Assembly (NCBI GenBank): GCA_965213825.1
Contig: CBDCAE010000005.1
Span: 70,443-134,442, forward strand
Source of the DNA: Capsulimonadaceae bacterium
GTDB lineage: Bacteria; Armatimonadota; Armatimonadia; Armatimonadales; Capsulimonadaceae
DNA: 64,000 bases
Reading direction: 5' to 3'
Below the pieces are notes generated by a model. That model was given only the letters and a program-made list of their open reading frames with translations. It did not search any database and had not been told where the DNA came from. Positions 23,946 through 32,141 of this stretch are shown piece after piece; the first letter of the stretch is position 1, and each line of letters opens with the position of its first letter. Made by a program: the position numbers and the translations under genes.

Positions 23946-24449
23946 TTATTCTTTCACAGCCAGCGGCTTCGCAGATGCCGCTGGCTGACGGCTGTAATAT
24001 AATGCGAGCAGGCCGACCCCCGTGCAAATGGCGCTGTCGGCAACGTTGAAAATCGGAAACTGCCAGCGCCGCTCTGGGCCGGCATAAAGTGCGAGAAAGT
24101 CTACGACATGGTGCAGATGCACCCGGTCTACGAGGTTCCCGACCGCCCCGCCGAGCGGCAGGGCCAGCGCAACCGCCAGCAGGCGCGGCAGGGGCATTCT
24201 CGCCCGAATTGTATACGTCACAATTGCAATCGCAGCGACCGCCGCTGCCAGCGCCAGCAGAAGTGTTCCCTGCGGCAAGATCCCGAAAGCACCGCCGGTG
24301 TTGACGTTGTACGACATCGAGAAAAAGCCGGGGATCAGCACCAGATCGTCTTCCGGCCAGTGCAGGTAAGTCCGCACGACCCAGGCTTTAGAAGCCTGGT
24401 CGGCCAGCAGCACGAGAAGCGCGAGGCTATAAACCACCCAGCGGCTCAA
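23946..24449 (-). CDS. lspA: Lipoprotein signal peptidase II
   Basis: GGAVGNLVDRVHLHHVVDF and FNVADSAI motifs. TTG start. Confidence 0.9.
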   Translation of the reverse strand: MSRWVVYSLALLVLLADQASKAWVVRTYLHWPEDDLVLIPGFFSMSYNVNTGGAFGILPQGTLLLALAAAVAAIAIVTYTIRARMPLPRLLAVALALPLGGAVGNLVDRVHLHHVVDFLALYAGPERRWQFPIFNVADSAICTGVGLLALYYSRQPAASAKPLAVKE

Positions 24450-24464
24450 GATGTGACCTCGAAA

Positions 24465-24509
24465 GGCTTAGTCTTCAGAGGCTTAATCTTCAGAGACTTA
24501 ATCTTCAAT
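24465..24509. repeat. 3 x 15-nt tandem repeat spanning the stop codon of the dksA-like gene
   Basis: GGCTTAGTCTTCAGA / GGCTTAATCTTCAGA / GACTTAATCTTCAAT. Confidence 0.8.
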
Positions 24510-24881
24510 CGTATCTTCCGCCTGTTCCACGGTGATGTTGGCATACGGCAGGGCTTCCAGCCGGGCTTCCGGGATCGGCGTACCATCAATGTCGGACAGG
24601 CCGTAAGTGCCTTCGTCTATCTTTGCCAGAGCGCGGCTGACTTTCGCCAGCATCCGGTCCATGTTCTCAATCGCCGCTTGATCCCGCTCGCGGTCGAACA
24701 GGTCTGTCGCTTGGTCAGCAGGACTATTCATGTCTGCGCCGGACAACTCACCGGATGCGTCTTTCTCAGAGTCTTCGCGGTCCGGTCCGGCATACTGCTC
24801 GCGCTCGGTTTCGAGGCGCGTTTTTTCGTCTAAAAGCACTTGCTTAAAGTGGGCAATTTTGTCTGCGGTCAATGCGGTCAT
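24498..24881 (-). CDS. DksA/TraR-family-like protein lacking the C4 zinc-finger cysteines
   Basis: Coiled-coil N-terminal part, then ALAKIDEGTYGLSDIDGTPIPEARLEALPYA. Internal ATG 24881 chosen because the longer ORF would run into a repeat element. Confidence 0.6.
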   Translation of the reverse strand: MTALTADKIAHFKQVLLDEKTRLETEREQYAGPDREDSEKDASGELSGADMNSPADQATDLFDRERDQAAIENMDRMLAKVSRALAKIDEGTYGLSDIDGTPIPEARLEALPYANITVEQAEDTIED

Positions 24882-24911
24882 GTGTGGCCTTTCGTTGTCA
24901 GCTTCGGAAGT

Positions 24912-24999
24912 CCCCCCAGCCCCCAACAATGGGGGAGCAATGCGGAACGGACGGCGTCTGCGCTGAATTGTGGCTCCCCCAAAATTGGGGGCTGGGGGG
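24912..24999. repeat. REP-like composite palindrome, family 1 (two inverted 27-nt units, 34-nt spacer)
   Basis: CCCCCCAGCCCCCAACAATGGGGGAGC ... GCTCCCCCAAAATTGGGGGCTGGGGGG. Second copy at 50577-50665. Confidence 0.8.
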
Positions 25000-25002
25000 C
25001 GT

Positions 25003-27873
25003 CTAAATCAATTTTCGCGAAGCAACTTCCCCATCAGTGGATACCAGCCATCTTCGGGTGCAGCCGGCGGCGCAGAACGCCGCCGGGTCGTCGCCGCCAT
25101 CGCTCACGGCAACCCAGCAGCGGGCGCAGCGGGTTCCGGGGGCGGGGCCGTTGCTTTCAATATGCAGGCCCGGCACTTTGGACTCGCGCAGCGTGACGCG
25201 GGAAACCAGCAGCAGCGCGGGCAGTTGACTCAAGTACGGGTGTAAGTCCGCATAAGTTTCCGCGTCTGCGGTCAGCGTGATGCCAAGCTCAAGCCGCTTC
25301 TTGGTGCCTTCCAGCGCCTTGTTGACTTGCTCGCGGGCGACCAAGAGCGGTTCCCAGCGTGCTTCCAGGGCGTGATTGCGTAAGTCCACGCGGTAGGATG
25401 GCAAGGCAGCCAGAAGGACCGAGACTGGCTTATCGGGCATAGAGAGCTTCTGCCAAATTTCTTCTGCCGTGAACGACAGGATCGGAGCCAGCAGACGGGC
25501 CAAACAGCTTGTGATCTCGAACAGCACAGTCTGAGCTGACCGGCGCTCACGCGAGCCGGGCCGGAAGGCATACAAGCGGTCTTTCAGAACGTCTAAGTAG
25601 AATGCGCTTAGATCCTGGGCGCAGAATGACAGCAGCGTCTGAGCGACGCGCGGATATTCATAGATGTTATAGGCCTGAACACATTTATGCACCACTTCGT
25701 TCAAGCGGTGCATCGCCCACAAGTCAAGCTCTTCGAGCTTATCTAAAGGAACGGCGTGCAGGGCCGGGTCGAAGTCGTACAAGTTGCTGAGCGTAAAGCG
25801 CAGGGTGTTTCGGAGTGTCCGGTAGCTTGTCGCGGTCTGCTCAAGAACAGGCTCCCCCACCCGCACGTCGGCGAAGTAGTCCGACGACGCAACCCACAGG
25901 CGCAGGACATCCGCACCGTACTTGTCTACGACCAACTGCGGCGCGGCGCCGTTCATTTTGGACTTGGACATCTTGCGGCCGGTCTCGTCCAAAGTCCAGC
26001 CGTTCGTGATGACCTGCTTATATGGCGCTTCGCCTTTAGTGGCGACGCCAATCATCAGCGACGAGTTGAACCAGCCTCGGTGCTGGTCGCCGCCTTCTAA
26101 GTAAACGTCGGCGGGATACGACAGCTCCGGCCACTCTTCCAGCACGGTCCGGCAGGTGGAACCCGAATCAAACCAAACATCAAAGATGTCGGTTTCTTTC
26201 ACGAACTCGGTCTCGCCGGTCTCCGGGTGCGCGTAGCCTGCGGGCAGGATTTGGTCCACGGGCTTCTCAAACCACGCATCGGTGCCTTCGTTCAGCACTA
26301 AATCGCGGACATAGCCAATGCTGTCTTTAGTCAGAAGCGGCGTTCCCGACGGCTGGGCGTAGAAGACTGGAATACCAACGCCCCACGCTCGCTGGCGGGA
26401 GATGCACCAATCCGGGCGGCCTCCGACCATGGCTTCAATGCGGTTCTTAGACTCTTCCGGGAACCAGCGAACGCCGTCAATGGCTTTCAGGCACTTCTCC
26501 CGGTGACGGGCATTGTCAATAGACACGAACCACTGCACGGTCGCCCGGTAGACTAACGGATCGTGCGAGCGCCAGCCATGCGGGTAGGAGTGGAAGATTT
26601 CTTCCCGTGCCAGCAGCGCCCCGGCGTCGGCGAGCCGCTCCATGACTTTCTCTTGACCGGGTCCGAGCTTGAGGCCCGCGAACTCCGGCCCGGCCTCGTC
26701 GTTGAAATAGCCGTCGCCGGTCAGGACTTGCAGGGTCGGAAGTTTATACTTTTGCCCGGTCAGAAAGTCATCTTTGCCGTGGCCGGGAGCGGTGTGCACC
26801 ATGCCGGTGCCGTCGGTCGTCGTGACATAGTCGGCCAAGACCAGCGGTGAGCCGCGCTCGATGAATGGCAGCGGGTGCTGGAAGATCAAATTGGCGAGGT
26901 CGCGGCCTTTGACGGTCTTCAGCACTTCCCAGCCGGTGAAGTTCGCCGCGGCCATGGTCGCGCCAAGACGTGCCTCGGCAACTAAATAGCGGCAGCCGTT
27001 ATGGGCGACAACAACATAGTTAAAGCTCGGCCCGGCGGCGACGGCGACATTCGCGGGGATAGTCCAGGGCGTCGTGGTCCAGATGACCGTGTAGCAGTCG
27101 CCTTGCTTGGCATCGGCCCCGAACACGCCGTCGGGGTCCGAGCGCAGGGGAAAGCGGACATAGATGGATGGGTCGGTCCGGTCGGCGTACTCGATCTCGG
27201 CGTCGGCCAGCGCGGTTTCGTCTACCAGCGACCAGTAAACAGGCCGGAGGCCGCGGTAGACAAAGCCTTTTTCGACCATTTCGGCGAACACGTCCAGCTC
27301 TTTGGCTGCCATCTGCTGCGACATGGTCAGGTACGGCTGGTCCCAGTTCCCCCGGATGCCTAGTCTTTGGAACTGCTCCGACTGCTTGCCGACCCATTCA
27401 ACGGCGACTTCCCGGCAGCGTTTCCTGATCTCCATACGTGTCGGCGTCTGCTTTTTCTCGCGGAACTCTTTGGCAACCAGCACTTCTATCGGCAGGCCGT
27501 TGTTGTCCCAGCCCGGCACATAAGGAGCCGAGTAGCCTTCCATCGAGCGGAACTTAGTCGTCACGTCTTTCAGGATTTTGTTGAACGCATGGCCGATATG
27601 GATATTGCCGTTCGAGAAGGGCGGGCCATCGTGCAGAAGAAACGTCCCAAGGGCCGTGCGCGGCTTCAGGGACTTTTCGTAGACGCGCTGTGTCTTCCAA
27701 AACTCTAAAATCTGCGGCTCACGCTTCGGCAGGTTCGCTCTTTGGGGGATCGAATCTGGGTTCGTGTCCAGGCCGTCGGGGTTTTTGGTATCGGGTTTCG
27801 GGACATTCAGCGTCTTGCTGTAATCAGGCTTGGGTTCGGTCTTAGTTTCGATTGTGTCGTATACTTCGGTCAT
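25003..27873 (-). CDS. ileS: Isoleucyl-tRNA synthetase
   Basis: PPFSNGNIHIGHAFNK (HIGH), KMSKSK, C-terminal Cys cluster. 956 aa. Confidence 0.95.
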   Translation of the reverse strand: MTEVYDTIETKTEPKPDYSKTLNVPKPDTKNPDGLDTNPDSIPQRANLPKREPQILEFWKTQRVYEKSLKPRTALGTFLLHDGPPFSNGNIHIGHAFNKILKDVTTKFRSMEGYSAPYVPGWDNNGLPIEVLVAKEFREKKQTPTRMEIRKRCREVAVEWVGKQSEQFQRLGIRGNWDQPYLTMSQQMAAKELDVFAEMVEKGFVYRGLRPVYWSLVDETALADAEIEYADRTDPSIYVRFPLRSDPDGVFGADAKQGDCYTVIWTTTPWTIPANVAVAAGPSFNYVVVAHNGCRYLVAEARLGATMAAANFTGWEVLKTVKGRDLANLIFQHPLPFIERGSPLVLADYVTTTDGTGMVHTAPGHGKDDFLTGQKYKLPTLQVLTGDGYFNDEAGPEFAGLKLGPGQEKVMERLADAGALLAREEIFHSYPHGWRSHDPLVYRATVQWFVSIDNARHREKCLKAIDGVRWFPEESKNRIEAMVGGRPDWCISRQRAWGVGIPVFYAQPSGTPLLTKDSIGYVRDLVLNEGTDAWFEKPVDQILPAGYAHPETGETEFVKETDIFDVWFDSGSTCRTVLEEWPELSYPADVYLEGGDQHRGWFNSSLMIGVATKGEAPYKQVITNGWTLDETGRKMSKSKMNGAAPQLVVDKYGADVLRLWVASSDYFADVRVGEPVLEQTATSYRTLRNTLRFTLSNLYDFDPALHAVPLDKLEELDLWAMHRLNEVVHKCVQAYNIYEYPRVAQTLLSFCAQDLSAFYLDVLKDRLYAFRPGSRERRSAQTVLFEITSCLARLLAPILSFTAEEIWQKLSMPDKPVSVLLAALPSYRVDLRNHALEARWEPLLVAREQVNKALEGTKKRLELGITLTADAETYADLHPYLSQLPALLLVSRVTLRESKVPGLHIESNGPAPGTRCARCWVAVSDGGDDPAAFCAAGCTRRWLVSTDGEVASRKLI

Positions 27874-28049
27874 GGGAAATCCTCTATGCCTGCGGCATTG
27901 CTTCGTATCGCTTCGTAAAACCGGCGCGTCGTTTACGGGCGCAGCGCGAGGGTCCCAATCATGCGGCGCAGGCTTCCTGCCTGCGCCGGTTCCACCGTCA
28001 TATTCAGAAGAGGGTTATGAGTTCGTTTTAGCATAATTGTAAGAACCTG
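27874..28049 (-). promoter_or_regulatory. Structured ileS 5' leader with a T-box-like motif and mutually exclusive helices
   Basis: RNA sense: GACGGUGGAACCGGCGC (27999-27983). Hairpin GGCGCAGGC/GCCUGCGCC (27987-27965) competes with AACCGGCGC pairing to GCGCCGGUUUU (27927-27917). Confidence 0.35.
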
Positions 28050-28209
28050 CCCCGTCTCGTTCCTCGCCACCCCTCCCTAGGAAGGAAGGGTTAAGAGTAA
28101 GAGGTGCAGAGCTGTGTTCGCAATCTTGGTTCGCAGTGTTAGTTCCCAGTCTTGTTCTTTATCTTTTACCCTTCCTTCTTAGGGAGGGGTGGCGAGGAAC
28201 GAGACGGGG
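28050..28209. repeat. MITE-like element: 42-nt terminal inverted repeats (41/42 complementary) around a 76-nt core
   Basis: CCCCGTCTCGTTCCTCGCCACCCCTCCCTAGGAAGGAAGGGT ... ACCCTTCCTTCTTAGGGAGGGGTGGCGAGGAACGAGACGGGG. Starts 4 nt after the rmlD stop. Confidence 0.75.
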
Positions 28210-28213
28210 TAGG

Positions 28214-29110
28214 TCAAATCTTCCCCTGCTCCCGCGCGGACGCGAGGAACGCATCGAGGGCATCTTCCCAGGGGCGCAGGGTATCCTGGCCCATCAGCTC
28301 TAAAGCGTAGCGGCGCATGACACTGTACGCGGGGCGCTTGGTCGGCGAACCGAAGCGCTGGGCGTAGTCGTTGGATGTAATCGGCACAACGGGAACGCTG
28401 CCTAAGCTCGTTTTGGCAAGAATGGCCTTCGCGAAGCCTTCCCAATTCGTTTCTCCGGCGTTTGAGACATGGTAGACGCCGTAAAGCCCCGTCGAGACGA
28501 TCTGAATAATTGCGTTTATCAAGTCTACGGTGTAAGTCGGAGTGCCGTACTGGTCGGCGACAATCGGCAATTCAGGCTTGGTCTTAGCAAGATTAGCTAC
28601 TGTGTACGGGAAATTCTTGCCGTGGACGCCGTACAGCCAGGATGTTCGGACGACATAACAGCGCCGGCAAGCCGCACGGGCGAGGTTCTCACCTGTCAGT
28701 TTGGACGCCCCATAGTGACTGATTGGGTTCGGCGTGTCGAACTCCGTATAGGGTGTTTTTTTCGTGCCGTCAAACACGAAGTCGGTTGAGATGCAGACCA
28801 AAGCCGCGCCGACTTCTTCCGCCGCGCCTGCCACCGACCACGATCCCAAAGCGTTGACTTTATGTGCCAAATCGGGATCGCGCTCGCAGCCGTCCACATT
28901 TGTATAGGCCGCGCCGTGGAAGACCAGCTCCGGCTGAAGCTCGGCAAAGAGTGTCCGAACCGCATGGACATCGGTGATGTCCAGTGGGACAATACCATTG
29001 ACTGCCGCTGCACCGACATCGGTGGGGAAAACGTGATGCCCCTGCTCGGTGAAAATTCGCCGAGCATCCGTGCCGAGCATTCCCGCCGCGCCTGTGATGA
29101 GTATTCGCAT
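28214..29110 (-). CDS. rfbD: dTDP-4-dehydrorhamnose reductase
   Basis: MRILITGAAGMLG Rossmann start (internal ATG 29110), YGASKL, YHVSNAGETNWEGFAKAI. Confidence 0.85.
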   Translation of the reverse strand: MRILITGAAGMLGTDARRIFTEQGHHVFPTDVGAAAVNGIVPLDITDVHAVRTLFAELQPELVFHGAAYTNVDGCERDPDLAHKVNALGSWSVAGAAEEVGAALVCISTDFVFDGTKKTPYTEFDTPNPISHYGASKLTGENLARAACRRCYVVRTSWLYGVHGKNFPYTVANLAKTKPELPIVADQYGTPTYTVDLINAIIQIVSTGLYGVYHVSNAGETNWEGFAKAILAKTSLGSVPVVPITSNDYAQRFGSPTKRPAYSVMRRYALELMGQDTLRPWEDALDAFLASAREQGKI

Positions 29111-29172
29111 AGTGCCGTCTATTATACCTCCAAACGGAGCAGGCGCGTCAATTCGCGAACCAGGAACAAGGA

Positions 29173-29228
29173 CACGGGGCTGAACCCCCGTGCTTTGAAA
29201 GCGCAAGCCCCCACCTTCGCGGGCGAAG
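29173..29228. repeat. Modular hairpin repeat, family 2 (modules A+B)
   Basis: CACGGGGCTGAACCCCCGTG + CTTTGAAAGCGCAAGCCCCCACCTTCGCGGGCGAAG. Related copies at 41858-41953 and 58604-58721. Confidence 0.8.
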
Positions 29229-29257
29229 ACTGATTTAGCAAGAAGGCTCAGAGTAGA

Positions 29258-29518
29258 TTATTTGCTTGCCGGATACCCGATGACAATACCGCGCTGGCGC
29301 AGGGTTTCGACGGCGGCTGCCGCCCAATGGTCTTTTGGTACATCAGGAAATGGTCTGCCGGTGACAGGGCGCAGCACTTTGGGCCTCAGCGCAGGCGTGT
29401 GTAGCGACATCCGGTGCGGGCTGATATGCAGCCGCGTCGTACTGCTCTTAGTCTGAGCCGCGCAGGGCAGCAGGCAGGACGCAAGCAAGCACAGACAAAT
29501 CAGTGGTTTTTTCATCAT
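29258..29518 (-). CDS. Small secreted protein with a C-terminal SLH-like motif
   Basis: Signal peptide MMKKPLICLCLLASCLLPCAAQ. FPDVPKDHWAAAAVETLRQRGIVIGYP resembles an S-layer-homology motif. Confidence 0.55.
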   Translation of the reverse strand: MMKKPLICLCLLASCLLPCAAQTKSSTTRLHISPHRMSLHTPALRPKVLRPVTGRPFPDVPKDHWAAAAVETLRQRGIVIGYPASK

Positions 29519-29525
29519 GTTCTTT

Positions 29526-30416
29526 CTATTTGACGCCTCGGTACTGTTCAAACGCCACGGCCAAATATTCTAAGAAGTCGGCGTAGTTGACCGAGATGAC
29601 TCCGGCAGGAGGGACGATGCCGAGGCGCTGCATCAGAGGGACAGCAAGGCGCATGGCGGCGGTTTGCTGGATTTGGGGTGGGAGCTGCCAGCGGCGGTCA
29701 ATGGAGTGGCGGACGGCGCGGTATTCAGGGACGGTCATCTCGTAGACGTGGCGACCGATGTCGGCCAGCGCATACGCCGCCAGATGCTCCGGCAGGACGC
29801 GCGGCGGCGGGGCGAGGGCTTCCAGGGTTGGGACGCGCGGCGCCCGCTGCTTGACAACCATTGTTCCCGCGACAAAGTCCCCGATACGCTGGTAGCGGCC
29901 TGACACGAGGAGGCAAAGGACGGGAAGCAAGATGCACAGACCGCCCATTGCGGCAGTCCCCGGCTGATGGCCGAATACGCCGATGGTAATCAAAGCGAGG
30001 GCCACAATCGGCATTCCATCCAGAATGCGAATAAGATTGCGGATGATCGCGGCAAAAACATTGATCGGATAGCCGCCGTCCCGTATGACTCGGAGGCCGA
30101 TCTGACGCTTGCCCGGCGTCTGCCCGTTCCAGCGGGTCTCAAACCAGATAAAGTAGCCCCACAAAATGGCAAATGCGACAATGAGCGCGGCGGCGACTTC
30201 GATTTCGCCGAAGAACGTCGCCACGCTTTTGGAAAACGCGCTGGCACCTAGAGCCAGCAGCAGACCGACAATGCCGGCAACAATCCAAAGCGCCAAATAA
30301 ATCGCGCACTGAAACAGCGAGTCAAGAATGTTCGCGAGGAAGCGTGAGCCGATCCCGGCCAGCTCGTATTCGATCTCGATATTCTCCGGCGTGACCACTA
30401 AAATTTCGCGTGACAT
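29526..30416 (-). CDS. RDD family membrane protein
   Basis: RFLANILDSLFQ..., NGQTPGKRQIGLRVI, RIGDFVAGTMVV. Confidence 0.8.
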   Translation of the reverse strand: MSREILVVTPENIEIEYELAGIGSRFLANILDSLFQCAIYLALWIVAGIVGLLLALGASAFSKSVATFFGEIEVAAALIVAFAILWGYFIWFETRWNGQTPGKRQIGLRVIRDGGYPINVFAAIIRNLIRILDGMPIVALALITIGVFGHQPGTAAMGGLCILLPVLCLLVSGRYQRIGDFVAGTMVVKQRAPRVPTLEALAPPPRVLPEHLAAYALADIGRHVYEMTVPEYRAVRHSIDRRWQLPPQIQQTAAMRLAVPLMQRLGIVPPAGVISVNYADFLEYLAVAFEQYRGVK

Positions 30417-30430
30417 GAGTAAGCCTCGAC

Positions 30431-30439
30431 TGGTATAAT
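30431..30439 (+). promoter_or_regulatory. Extended -10 promoter TGgTATAAT only 10 nt before the ATG (leaderless or near-leaderless mRNA)
   Basis: ctGGTATAATaacgctattATG. Confidence 0.45.
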
Positions 30440-30448
30440 AACGCTATT

Positions 30449-31447
30449 ATGGCAATAGACGAACGCGCATTTATCAACGGCAAGCGGGCGAACTGGGAAC
30501 GGCTCTCGGTGATCGTCGAGCGGACCAAAAATGGCGGTCTCAAACAGTTGTCGCGGGAAGAACTGCCTGCGCTCGGCTCGCTGTACCGCCGCGCCGCCGC
30601 CGACCTTGCATTTGCGCGAGCGCAGGGTGCCAATCCTAATCTGGTATTATACCTGAATGAGCTGGTCGGCAATGCTCATGGGGTTATTTATGCGGAAGAA
30701 TCCGGCGGCTGGTCCCGGCTGTGGCAGTTCTTCGCTTATGGCCTTGCGGCCACCCTACGCCGGCGAATGCCGTTTGTTTTGGCGGCGATTGCCCTCAATG
30801 TAGTCGGGGCGCTGCTGGCGTATGTCATTATCCACCGCGACCCGACCCAGATGAGCCTGTATTTCCCGGATCAACTGCGGGACGCGGTAGACTTCTGGAA
30901 ATCCGGCGGAGCAGACAAAGGCGACATCCCGCTGGGTGACGGTGTTTTGTTTTCGTCGTCGCTGATGACCCACAACACGCAGGTCGGGATTACGGCGTTC
31001 GCGACCGGCATCACACTGGTCCTGCCGACCATTCTGATGTTCCAAAACGGCACCATGATTGGAGCATTGACCGCTGTGGTTCAGCCGACGGGACATCTCG
31101 CATCCATGTGGGCGGGCCTGCTGCCACACGGCATCTGCGAGCTGTCCGCGACCTTCATCTGCGGCGGTGCGGGGCTGCTGACAGGCTGGGCGCTCATCGC
31201 TCCTGGCCCTTACTCCCGCAAAGACGCGCTGATCGCCAATGGCCGAGATGCCTGCAAACTGATGGTCGGTACGGTTCCGCTCTGGATCATCGCCGGCATT
31301 TTGGAAGGCAATGTCTCACACTCGTCGCTCCCGCATTGGGCGAAGTTCAGCTTGGCAGGCGTACAAGCCGCCGCACTGATTTTCTACATCTATGGCAGCC
31401 GCCCGCGTCCCAGCTATTTGCACTCCACGCCCCGAAAGGCAGTCTAA
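30449..31447 (+). CDS. SpoIIM-like (DUF95) integral membrane protein
   Basis: LLPHGICELSATFICGGAG motif, multiple TM segments. An RDD gene lies divergently adjacent. Confidence 0.75.
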   Translation: MAIDERAFINGKRANWERLSVIVERTKNGGLKQLSREELPALGSLYRRAAADLAFARAQGANPNLVLYLNELVGNAHGVIYAEESGGWSRLWQFFAYGLAATLRRRMPFVLAAIALNVVGALLAYVIIHRDPTQMSLYFPDQLRDAVDFWKSGGADKGDIPLGDGVLFSSSLMTHNTQVGITAFATGITLVLPTILMFQNGTMIGALTAVVQPTGHLASMWAGLLPHGICELSATFICGGAGLLTGWALIAPGPYSRKDALIANGRDACKLMVGTVPLWIIAGILEGNVSHSSLPHWAKFSLAGVQAAALIFYIYGSRPRPSYLHSTPRKAV

Positions 31448-31575
31448 TAAGCCAAACCAGTTTCCCTCTGCTTTCGACAACCCCGCAGGAAAAGCCTGCG
31501 GTTCAGCCGGCAGATGTGCCGGAAGCCGCCGCCGATTTTGACTGGCAGTGTCAATGTAGCGAGTAGGCGGTTCAT

Positions 31576-32115
31576 ATGGCAATCCCAAATGGTCTTGCTG
31601 ACTCCTGGTTGCAGTTTGTAGACGGTCCCCTCTTGAACCAAGGCGACCTATTGGACGACTGCTATATTCCGATACTTCTCCCAAACTTTAGTCCGCTTGA
31701 AGGCGAGCTTGTCAATTTGGACTTGGAAGTCCGCAGCATTATCGTTCTCACGCAAAGCTGCGATCTTGAAAATGGCAAAGCACCCCTTGTCGCCGTCTGC
31801 CCTCTTTATCGTCTTAGCGAATGGGAAGAAGCCAATCCTGAATTTCGGGCTAAAGGCCGCTGGGAGTCCGTGCGGCAAGTCCGAGTGGAAGGTCTGCATC
31901 TTTTGGCAGGGCTTGCCGGTCCGGAAGTCAATCAAGACTGCCTTGCGGTAGACTTCCGCCAGATTTATAGCCTGCCAATCGGTTATTTGACAGCTCAGGC
32001 GGAACAAGCGGGCCGAAGGGCGCGGCTGCATTCGCCCTATTTGGAGCATTTCGCCCAGGCGTTTGCCCGCTTTTTCATGCGGGTTGGCCTGCCTTCCAAC
32101 ATTGCCAAGTTTTAG
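31576..32115 (+). CDS. Hypothetical protein
   Basis: 179-aa ORF. IIVLTQSCDLENGK ... no family recognised. Confidence 0.45.
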   Translation: MAIPNGLADSWLQFVDGPLLNQGDLLDDCYIPILLPNFSPLEGELVNLDLEVRSIIVLTQSCDLENGKAPLVAVCPLYRLSEWEEANPEFRAKGRWESVRQVRVEGLHLLAGLAGPEVNQDCLAVDFRQIYSLPIGYLTAQAEQAGRRARLHSPYLEHFAQAFARFFMRVGLPSNIAKF

Positions 32116-32141
32116 TCCGGCGAGAAGGCGGCCCCCGTCTG

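Noticed and set aside
24912-24999. Whether the paired G/C-rich repeats (also at 50577-50665) could be a CRISPR array or a G-quadruplex element.
   Set aside because: The units are inverted rather than direct, there are only two per locus, and no cas genes are present. I counted only three G-runs per strand within reach, which is not enough for a canonical G4.
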